A stretch of 64,000 nt of DNA from Octopus vulgaris (Eukaryota). Within the stretch, counting starts at the first letter, position 1. Every line of letters starts with the position of its first letter. Below are positions 54,165 to 64,000 of the stretch, in pieces. Under the pieces are notes generated by a model. That model had not been told where the DNA came from. It saw nothing but the letters and a program-made list of their open reading frames with translations, and ran no database searches. The stretch is taken from NCBI GenBank assembly GCA_951406725.2, contig OX597815.1:12896001-12960000 (forward strand), in the 5' to 3' direction. Position numbers and translations under genes: made by a program.

Positions 54165-56170
54165 TTCGGTGAAGCACAAAATCCTCGGGGTCTCATTTCA
54201 TAGATCCCTGGAAGGTCAGCAATTAAAAATGATAGTTGTGAATAGGAAGTTGAGGTACATCAACTGACGAAACAAAAACCATCTTAGGGATTCCATCCGT
54301 AATAACAACACGTGCATTCTTAACAATTTCTACCAACAACAACAACGCGTGCATTACTTACCGCCAATTCGATAAAGATTGGACTGCGGAGTTAGTGAAT
54401 TCTTTGAGAACAATCTAGATCTCATAATGCAGACCATCGTTTTGGATCTAGAAAGTAAGTCGTTATTCTTGGATTTGAACACTATCGAAAGTGCTGCCTT
54501 CAAATTATACTGGGACAGGGTTGGGCAACAAGACTCCTTCTGACTTCTGGAGGATTATCAGGAAAAGTCCTGCTTTTGAATGCTAGTGGTCAACAAGAAG
54601 ACCATCTTCGATGCACGTTCGGATTGTGCCTATATTCTGATAAGAGAGGTGGGTATAAAATCCTCGCAAACCTGCTTAGATCTTTATAATTACCTGCAGG
54701 GTAACAACTAGGTTACTCAGATGAGCTGGATTTCACCTGGAGGCAGAGTATCGGGTCAGCTACATAGTATTTAGATAGTTGTATATTTAGACTAGTATAA
54801 AATCATTGACTACTCAGACCAAAAATTTGTGATCCGTGCGAATTATCTATATATGTTTTGTAGACAACAATACGGCTACTGGAAGGTGAACGCGTCATTT
54901 CCGGAGTGCCAAATTTACACTCACCCTATTAGGCAATTAGTTACATGGGCATTTATATGGAAAGCCATTAACAACTAATGGTGGTTCGTTCTGAAACAGA
55001 GATTAAGGTTAAAACTACTGGGGTTAGTAAGGTCGTGGTGACAAAGAAAACATAGTATAGAATGTGACTTACAAACTAAAAACAGTTTCCGAGGAAAGGT
55101 ATGGCAACAAAAGTGCCTTCAAGCAAACTGGCCCTTAACAAATTCTTCTATGCGATGAAGAAATGCTGTATTGTCTGAGATAAGGAGCGTGATCAATGGA
55201 AACGAGGATCAATGCTGTTAGAAACGGTAGAGTAGCAAAGTGGTAACAACCACAATTTCGTCATTGGCGGACCGTAACTGGTTTAACCGACGACCACTCG
55301 GTTCAAAGTCTCCCTTGACTACTAATGGCCTGAACTCTTTGCATGAATACCACCCTGTACATAACTCCATGACCCCCTACATGGCCTTGCTTTTTGTTTT
55401 TTGAGCCAAAAAATTAACTTAACTTAACTTATCTTCAGTTGTATTTCTGTCAGGTGATGGCACAAAATCCTCGGCGTCTCATAGATCCCTGGAAGGTCAG
55501 CAATTAAAGATGGTAGTTGTGAGTAGGAAGGCGAAGTGATTCAACTTAGGAAACACAAACCATCTCAGGGAGACGAAGGGCGAGCCGGATCTTAGGAGAC
55601 ATTTCTGTACCAACTTCTACAGCCCGCTGCAACTGTTAGCCACAGAGACAAACTTTTGTAAAAACTGATAACAAGCACTGAAATATGAGAAAATATTTGT
55701 GTGTACGGGGTGGCGGAAAGAACGAATAGAGGGTTTTGGATAGTATGTCTTATTATCTTGATGGAATTTTCTCAGATTGCGTTTTGCATTCTGTGGTCCG
55801 CTGATGATTCAAATGTGACCGATTGTTCGCTCAGTAAGGAAGCATTTGTCGGTGAGAGTACACCTATAGCATTGCCTGCAGAATGATATAATTCCTCCGA
55901 TCTGAAGTTCGAAAAACAGCTGAATGGCTGAGAAATCTGTCAAACAATGAGGATAACGTTAAATGTATCGGCATATAAGTCAGCTAAATGCGGATTTCAA
56001 GATTTTGTCCAAGGTGTCACGAAAGATGATGGCACACTTTTTTTTTAAATTGAGGATGCGCAAGTATGCGCCACCCCAAACAGGTGTATTTAAATTAACT
56101 TTTAGATCAGGTGACACATTATATATAATGTCTGTAAAGAACCTATTATGGGTGGGATCCTGAAGAATCT
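54165..56170 (+). mobile_element. Decayed L1/Tx1-type LINE fragments
   Basis: GYWKVNAS (about 54873) and YRHISQLNADFKILSKV (about 55966) resemble L1/Tx1 GxWKLNxS and YRPISLLNxDYKILAK. Confidence 0.6.
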
Positions 56171-56603
56171 AAATGGATAAAAATAATTCGAGTGACTATT
56201 TGACGATAGCAAAACTGCAGTGGGTACTAATAAGAACATCCCCAGTTGTCACGTGGAGTATTTCTTGTAAAACATCCGTGAATCAAGATAGACTATTTAA
56301 CTTAAGAAAAATAATGAGGAACGAAATTCTCATATTGTGTATTTCAAATAAGTAGATTTTATTAACACAAACAAAACGTAGCCCGCAACGGAATAGTTTA
56401 AACTAAGGAAGACAATTAAATACACACCTGTCATTTAAAAATATCTTTTAAATAAAGCTAACACGAAGAAATTGTTTGGCACCATGTTAAAAGTTGTGAA
56501 AATTATGTTCACTGGAAGAAAAAAAAACATGTAATAAATTCAGCAAATGAACCATCATTTACAGAAACAGAAAATAACGGTTGTTGCAATATGTAGTTGA
56601 GCG

Positions 56604-57399
56604 CTTACGATGCTGAAAACCATCTGCTAGAAAGAGTAGCCAACGAAATATCAGCTCTACTTACAATGAGGGAGATTGAAAATACAACAATGTACTGTAA
56701 AAATACCCTCGCCAATGGCAACAATCTGTAACATTTTTTTTTTTACTAAAAAGGAAAATATTTACTACGACGCCGAAAACCATCTGCTAGTAAGAGCAGT
56801 CAAACGAAATATCAACTCTATTTACAATGAGGGAGATAGAAAATACAACAATGGACTGTAAAAATATCCTCGCCAATGTCAACAATCAGTAACATTCCTT
56901 TTTGAGTAAAAAGGAAAATATTTACTCCGACGCCGAAAACCATCTGCTAGAAAGAGCAGTCAACGAAATATCAACTCTATTTACAACGAGGGAGATAGAA
57001 AGTGCAACAATGGACTGTAAAAATATCCTCGCCAATGTCAACAATCAGTAACATTCTTTTTTGACTAAAAAGGAAAATATTTACTACGACGCCGAAAACC
57101 ATCTGCTAGAAAGAGCAGTCAACGAAATATCAACTCTATTTACAACGAGGGAGATAGAAAGTGCAACAATGGACTGTAAAAATATCCTCGCCAATGTCAA
57201 CAATCAGTAACATTCTTTTTTGAGTAAAAAGGAAAATATTTACTACGACACCGAAAACTATCTGCTAGAAAGAGCAGTCAAAGAAATATCAACTCTATTT
57301 ACAATGAGGAAGATAGAAAGTGCAACAATGGACTGTAAAAATATCCTCGCCAATGGCAACAATCAGTAATATTCTTCTTTGACTAAAAAGGAAAATATT
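56604..57399. repeat. Tandem array of five ~159-bp units
   Basis: Units start at about 56604, 56763, 56923, 57082 and 57241; inner copies nearly identical. Confidence 0.92.
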
Positions 57400-58219
57400 A
57401 ATATCCATTGAAAAATCCAATGAGAATAATTACTACATAAAATCCATTCAATGCAAATCCTGTTCGTTATTGTTAGAATAGATATTTCGTAATGTAATCT
57501 ACATGATAACATATAACTGTGCAGTAAAAAATTCCGGAAAGCATTATGATTCATTCGCTGACAAATCAGCCAACTCGTTCTCTTGCAATGCGTATATAAT
57601 CCTCTCTCCTATAGGTAATTATGCAACCTCAAATAATGGAGGTGGAGCCTAGTGGATTACATCGACGCCAAGGCTCCACCGGTGCTTTATTTTACCGAAT
57701 CGAAAAGGCTGAAATCCAAAGTCGACCGCGGCGAGACTTAATCACAGAATGTAAAAACAGATGTGACGCTGTGTATTTTGTCAGGCGGGCGAACCATTCT
57801 GTCAATAAATAATTGTTCCTTAAATTTCGGGGAGCGAGTAGTTCAATACATCGATCCCCATACTTGGCTCTGATTTATTTTATTGACCCCGGAAGGATGT
57901 AATGCAAATTCGACCTCGGAACCTCGGGACGTAAATGTGGATGAAATGCTGCTAAGTAATTTGCCAGTGTGTTAATGATTCACTTTTTCTCATCAGGTCT
58001 TAACAATTCATAACGATCTACAAGAAAGCGTTGCTTAATTTGAGGTTAACTATGATTTATTCACGCTGTTCACAGTCACATCCAATGAGTATATATAAAT
58101 ATAAATGTATATGCATTTGTCTATCTATCTAACTATCTATCTATCTATTTATCTATGTATCTAACTGTCTATCTCTCTGTCTGTCTCTGCCTCTGCCTAT
58201 CACACGGTCACACATACAT

Positions 58220-58539
58220 ATATATATATACATACATGCAGTAATTTTATCCAGATTGCAAGTTCAGCTTTATAGCTGTAATTATTTGGGACCTGGGATA
58301 TGTAGCACACTGCCTAAATACCAATCTTAAGAAATTAGGCTTCTCAAAGCCAGAAAGAAGAAAGCTAATTCGAAGACTACAGATAGAATCCACCACTGGA
58401 ATTGTAAAAAATCTGTAAAACTTTCGACTTTATCATTTAAATGTATATGAGTATGTGTAGATATACAACTATATGCATGGGAAGAAATACATACAATAAA
58501 ACGTACAAATATGAACGTATACATACATACATACATACA

Positions 58540-58571
<32 letters not shown>

Positions 58572-58690
58572 CACAAACAACAATCTCTCTGTTGTTGATA
58601 TTACAATTCCAATGAATGAGCCTTGAATCTACGTTAGAAACCGGTTCTTTTTGTGTTGGCAAGAAATCTTGAAATATAACCGAATAATGA
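58220..58690 (+). mobile_element. 3' end of an RLE-type LINE with (TACA)n-containing UTR
   Basis: LYPDCKFSFIAVIIWDLGYV...KLGFSKPERRKLIRRLQ C-terminal motif. Confidence 0.6.
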
Positions 58691-58715
58691 TATTTATTTT
58701 TTTCATTTGCACACT

Positions 58716-58924
58716 TTTTAGAGCCTAGGCAGGATCATGTACCCGGTTTCCCGGTTTCTATGGCGTATGTGTTCCCCAGCTGGACGGGACGCCAGTCCAT
58801 TGCAGCGTTACTCATTTTTGCCAGCTGAGTAGACTGGAGCAACGCGTCGCCCGGTCCAGAAATCGAAACCTCAATATTACGATCATGATGCTGACACCCT
58901 AATCACTAAGCCACGCGCCTCCAC
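58716..58924 (-). mobile_element. Internally deleted tRNA-derived SINE with B-like tail
   Basis: Head GTGGAGGCGCGTGGCTTAGTG; tail CTGCAATGGACTGGCGTCCCGTCCAGCTGGGG...GAAACCGGGAAACCGGG. Confidence 0.75.
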
Positions 58925-59030
58925 GAATAATGATATACATATACAAAAACAATTGCAGCGTGGAAGGTGTTTATAAGCCATTTAAGAAACTCACAAAAAC
59001 CATTAGATTCACTTCAACATTTAAATTTAA

Positions 59031-59081
59031 TTTGCCAAAATATTTTCGTCGCTTTGAAACCGTGACCTGTTCACTGACAAA
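59031..59081 (-). ncRNA. Predicted type I hammerhead ribozyme with G3-C8 swapped core, in a pLTR-like repeat (about 58940-59095)
   Basis: TTTGTCA-GTGAACA-G-GTCAC ggtttcaaa GCGAC-GAA-AATATT-T-TGGCAAA. Confidence 0.65.
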
Positions 59082-59590
59082 ATTCCGTGCTGCAGTGAGA
59101 TGCTTAAAAATGTATGAATGAAGCCCTACCAAAAGCTGAGCATCTATAAAGCACAAAGTGGAACCTCAAGTCAAAAATGAGCTGATTGCTACCTAGTTCA
59201 AATATCTATCTGGAAATCAAAATAGAAGAGACTCAAAAAATAGTACCCATGGGAACTGCGTTTATTCTACCTAAAATATTGCCTATGCAATCCCCACAAC
59301 AATTTAAAACTCTTAACAGTGATAAAAATGTATTTAAATGTACATAATCGCAAACACCTTTTACTGTCTCCTTTAACATCTCTCTATCATCTTATAATCA
59401 AATTACTTTTAAAACATACTTTTAATTTACTCATGATTTGACAGATATTCTCTAGAACAAATCTTCGTGCAAAATCAAATATATGGCACCCTAGTCATAA
59501 CACCAAATTGAGCATCTAAATTGTTGTTTTTTGAGGTATCTAGGTAAGACTTTGAGGTAACATATACAACCACAAAGCAAAAGCCAAATA

Positions 59591-59638
<48 letters not shown>

Positions 59639-59679
59639 AATAATAATAATAATAATAATAACAGCAACAACAACAAGAT

Positions 59680-61335
59680 GATACTTGCTGCTCTGTCTTG
59701 CCTGTTGAGATACCTTATAGGCGCCAGAAGTTTTCACGTGGAGACAATATAATAATAAAATGCTTGATAACAATATGAATCATCTCGTTTACATGGATGA
59801 TTTAAAGCTCTTTGCCAAAAATAACCAACAACTGCAGGGCTTACTAGCGATTTTTAAACAATACAATGATCATTTGGAGAAGAAGAAATCCCGTGTTGGT
59901 TCACAAAAGGACGAAGGTTGTTGTGCCTGAAAGGTGCATCAAACGGAAATGCTGCTGACAATTACAGATCGGTTTCCTTGCTTCGCATTAATTTGGAGGT
60001 TACTAGCAGCCGGAATTACAGAAAGACTGTATAAACTTCTTGAAGAGAGCGACATATTACCGCCGTAACAAAAAGGCAGTAGGAGCAGATGCAGATGTAC
60101 CAAAGATCAGCATGTGATAGACAAAATAGTAATGCAACATTGTAAACGAAGCAGAAAAAATCTAGGAATGGCTTGGATTGATTATCGCAATGCTTGTATG
60201 ATTCCACATTTGTGGACCATCAAGTCCTTAGATCTGTTTGGAATTGCGAGAAATGTAATGTATTTCTTGAATAGAAGTATGGTGGGATGAAAAACTGAAA
60301 TGACATCTCACGGAAAACTTTTGGGTACCCTGGGTATCTAAAGAGGGATTTTCCACGCTGATAGCCTATCTCTGTTTCTTTTTGTTTTCTGAAGGATACC
60401 CCTGATCTTGGCACTCAGGGAAAGGAACCTGGGATACCAACTAAAGGAAAAGTCCCCAAAAGTCAACCACTTCCTTTTCATGGATACTCTGAAACTGTAC
60501 GGCAAGGATGAGACAGAAGTGAGTTCCTTGGTGAATACGGTCCACTGTTTTAGTACCGATATCAGAATGGAATTTGGACTCAAGTAGTGTGGAATAATGT
60601 ACCTAAAAAGAAGAAAAGTACAGTCCCTAGCAGGAATAGAATTACCGAATAAAGATTTGATTATGCATATTGAAACGGAAGGATAGAAACAGCTTGGTGT
60701 ACAAGTGTTCAACGAGATAATGGAAAAAGGAAGAGGAAGACAGTCTGAGGATAAAGTATTTGCGAAGAGCGAGTTTGGTGCTGCGCTCAAAATTGTCTGG
60801 ATGAAATAAAATAAAACCAGTTAATACGTGGGCAAAAGCATCACATCCGTATGGAGCGGGAATTATATAATGGTAAATAGGGAGTAATAAAGAAAATGGA
60901 TACCAAGACCAGAAAAATGTTGACCGTACACTTCCACCCTAATAGTGACACCGATAAGCTGTATTTGTCCAGAAGAAAGGGTAGCAGAGGTTTGATCAGT
61001 TATTTGAACTGTATCGAAGCAGGGGAAACAACCTAGGATGGTATATAAAAATGCTGTGGAGCCACTGTCGAAACACCCAAAGACCGGCGTCATCAAAACT
61101 GAAAATTGTGTAACTAAAGAAAAAATTAAACAAGAAATTAACAAAACAAAAAACGAAAATGCATGAAAGGAAAAGAAAATTTACAGGCAGTTTGGAAGAG
61201 ATGTGAACGCAAAGACAGATACAGAGGACCGGTGTCTCTGGATGAGGAGGAGTGATCTGAAGATAGAGACAGAAGGATTCATATGCGCAGCTCAGGGAGA
61301 AGTCTTAAGGACTAACTATATGAAGTTCAGAATAC
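59680..61335 (+). mobile_element. Decayed R4-clade RT fragments (two juxtaposed pieces)
   Basis: NHLVYMDDLKLFAK (homologous to about 42441), MAWIDY, NHFLFMDTLKLYGK, LKIETEGFICAAQ. Confidence 0.8.
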
Positions 61336-61336
61336 A

Positions 61337-61540
61337 GAAGAAGAAGAAGAAGAAGAAGAAGAAGAAGAAGAAGAAGAACAAGAAGAACAAGAAGAAGAAG
61401 GAGGAGGAGAAGAAGAAGAAGAAGAAGAAGAAGAAGAAGAAGAAGAAGAAGAAGAAGAAGAAGAAGAAGAAGAAGAAGAAGAAGAAGAAGAAGAAGAAGA
61501 AGAAGAAGAAGAAGAAGAAGAAGAAGACGAAGAAGAAGAG
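61337..61540. repeat. (GAA)n microsatellite, about 200 bp
   Basis: Direct reading. Confidence 0.95.
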
Positions 61541-61544
61541 CTGT

Positions 61545-62300
61545 TAAACAACTGAATCAACAAAGTATCATGATAAAATGATGGCAAACGAAAAGCCAGT
61601 ACGTGTGGTAAATATTGGGTCAAGCTGAACAGAAATGAAACAGACAAAGTAAAATCTCAACTGAGGAGAGAAGGCAGACACTGAAGGATTTTAATTACAA
61701 CACAAAATCAAAACCTCCTCCCAGAAATCACGAAAAACATATAAGGAAATCATAAGTAACTGCAGTATATATGGTGATGGGAAAGAAACAATAAATCATA
61801 TTTTCTTTGGCTGCCCAGTCCTGACAAACAGGGAATATGTTTACAGACATGACGGAGTTGGAATCTAGATACACTGGAAGTAATGACAACTGACAACTCA
61901 AGAAAGCTGTTATAGGCAAACTCTTGAAAATGTCTAGAGAAAATGAGAAAGTAATCATGTACAGAGAGAAACCAAGGCAAATAGGCTGGATATAGTTTTC
62001 AGAGATCACCAAGAAAAAACGGCCTTCTAATCGATGTATCAATATCAACCGATGGCAATGTCTTTCTAAAAGAAACTGACACACTCTCAATATACAAATA
62101 TCTGAATGTAGAGTTAATTCGAATGTAGAGCCTAAAAAGAGGAACAATCCCTATAATAATGTGTGCATTAAATATGATAAATAAATTTTCAAACAAATAC
62201 ATTATCAAAAGACCAGGAATTATGAACGTATATAACACAGAGAAAATTGCGCTACTAGGAACCTCATTCAGGCTACGTAAAGCACTGTCAAAACAGTGAA
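61545..62300 (+). mobile_element. Decayed R4-clade CCHC/RLE 3' fragment
   Basis: CSIYGDGKETINHIFFGCPVL..REYVYRHD, ANRLDIV, LIDVSI remnants. Confidence 0.7.
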
Positions 62301-62750
62301 AACAAGAGCACCGCAACAAACCACATCACATGACGTAGGCATTGAGAGCTGCGCTTGGTCGTACACTGAAAGCGGGTGATAAAAACAAGACTAACGAATA
62401 ACACTAATAATAGCAATCATTTGTACCAAAAGTACAATGCCTGAAATGTGTGGTGACGGGATTAGCCGCTTACATCAAGGTTTCACTGGCTTTCAATTTA
62501 TCCACCCCGAAAGGATAATGGACAAAGTCGTCATTGGTGGAATTTGAACTCAGAACGTAATGACAGACTAAATACCACTAAGCATTACGTACAGCGTAGA
62601 AACAATTCTGCAACATCACTGACTCCAATATTAATAAAAATAATAATGCTGTTATATACCCATATATATATATATATATATATGTGTATGTAGTGTGTGT
62701 GTGTGTGTGTGTGTGTTTGCGTGTGTGTGTGTGTGTAAATATAAGTATAA

Positions 62751-62867
<117 letters not shown>

Positions 62868-62882
62868 AACGCCCACACATAC

Positions 62883-62931
<49 letters not shown>

Positions 62932-63249
62932 TGCGCAAGTGTGTGTGTGTGTAATTATAGTCTTATAGTAGTGAGTATGTAAATATTTAAGGCAAACCGC
63001 TTGCATTAATAAAAGAAAACATATACGCCTCTTCATTTTCATAGAGTTTAAAGAGTGAAATGTGATCACACCCATCTCATATATCATTTTGGAAAAAACA
63101 CATATAAACATTCACCGTGAGAAAGAGGAACGATATATTTGTAAAGACCTTTGCGTTACTTGTAACTATAACTCGTGAAAGTGTTCTGAAATTTTATTGA
63201 TATACTTCTGTGCAATTTTCTTGGCTACTTGCAAAATCTAACATTGTAC

Positions 63250-63359
<110 letters not shown>

Positions 63360-63489
63360 TTATGTATATATACATGCATATATCGGCAAAGGATATAAAA
63401 AAAACGGTGAACACAATGAGAAACGATACATAGAGCATAAGGAATATTCCCCTCCTTCAGTTGTCCTTGTTTCATCTACTCCGCGTTTC

Positions 63490-63536
<47 letters not shown>

Positions 63537-63720
63537 GTTATATAATTAGGGTTCTGTAAAAAACAATTACTTTAACACACACCGAGCTTTTAGAAATAGC
63601 AGCCAAAAAGTTTAGCTATTTCCTCTCCTATAAGAAAAGTCTTCCAGACAATGTATACTCAAAAATAATTCACGTAGGTATAGAGGGAAAATAAGGAAAG
63701 ATCACACGTACATCGATTAC

Positions 63721-63781
63721 TTGAGAACGCCGTTTCTGGATTAGGTGGATATAGAGATCAACATTTCCGTCATCAGCCCAA
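63721..63781 (-). ncRNA. Predicted type I hammerhead ribozyme in a pLTR-like repeat (about 63545-63805) flanked by (TA)n
   Basis: TTGGG-CTGATGA-CGGA..(long loop)..TCCA-GAAAC ggc GT-T-CTCAA. Confidence 0.6.
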
Positions 63782-64000
63782 TTTTACCTTTTTATTATTG
63801 ACTATATATATATATCTATGTGTGTGTGTGTGTGTGTGTGTGCGTATGTATGTGTGTCTGTGTGTATACAGAAACAAAGAGCACTAGTTAGCTCCAGCAT
63901 CGCTAGAAATATGATTCATAACAAATGTTAGCCACGAGAAACACTGATCTTCTGACTGACAAGGGAGGCATGCTTCCATCAGCATCCGGTGTATAGTCAC

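Noticed and set aside
56604-57399. Possible CRISPR array or repeat-protein exon
   Set aside because: No unique spacers, no cas genes, eukaryotic context; stop codon in each unit in the best frame, and indels between units
58608-58660. HHR-like GAAACCGGTT with upstream ATGAATGA
   Set aside because: Core and stems I/II do not fit convincingly; lies in a LINE 3' UTR
61203-61547. Poly-lysine protein
   Set aside because: (GAA)n expansion inside a dead R4 ORF

Overview
AT-rich eukaryotic (animal) intergenic or intronic DNA, almost entirely transposon remnants and microsatellites. The SINE and repeat repertoire looks like that of an octopus or other cephalopod; this is inferred from recalled repeat families, not from a search. 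No host protein-coding exon can be supported, and most ORF-track entries are (TA)n/(CA)n/trinucleotide artefacts. Contents: about 20 tRNA-derived SINEs from several modular families, many with clean target-site duplications (TSDs); a full-length dead mariner; a long-TIR MITE; a non-autonomous Helitron; decayed R4/Dong, CR1-group and L1/Tx1 LINEs; a 159-bp tandem array; and many Penelope-like element (PLE) fragments. The most notable signal is a set of about 10 predicted minimal type I hammerhead ribozymes (HHRs). They include non-canonical cores (G3-C8 covariant, possible U3-A8, A6U, U4C) and one canonical HHR fused behind a tRNA-like Pol III head, a putative ribozyme-bearing SINE. All were folded by eye and are untested. 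Coordinates of decayed elements are approximate.
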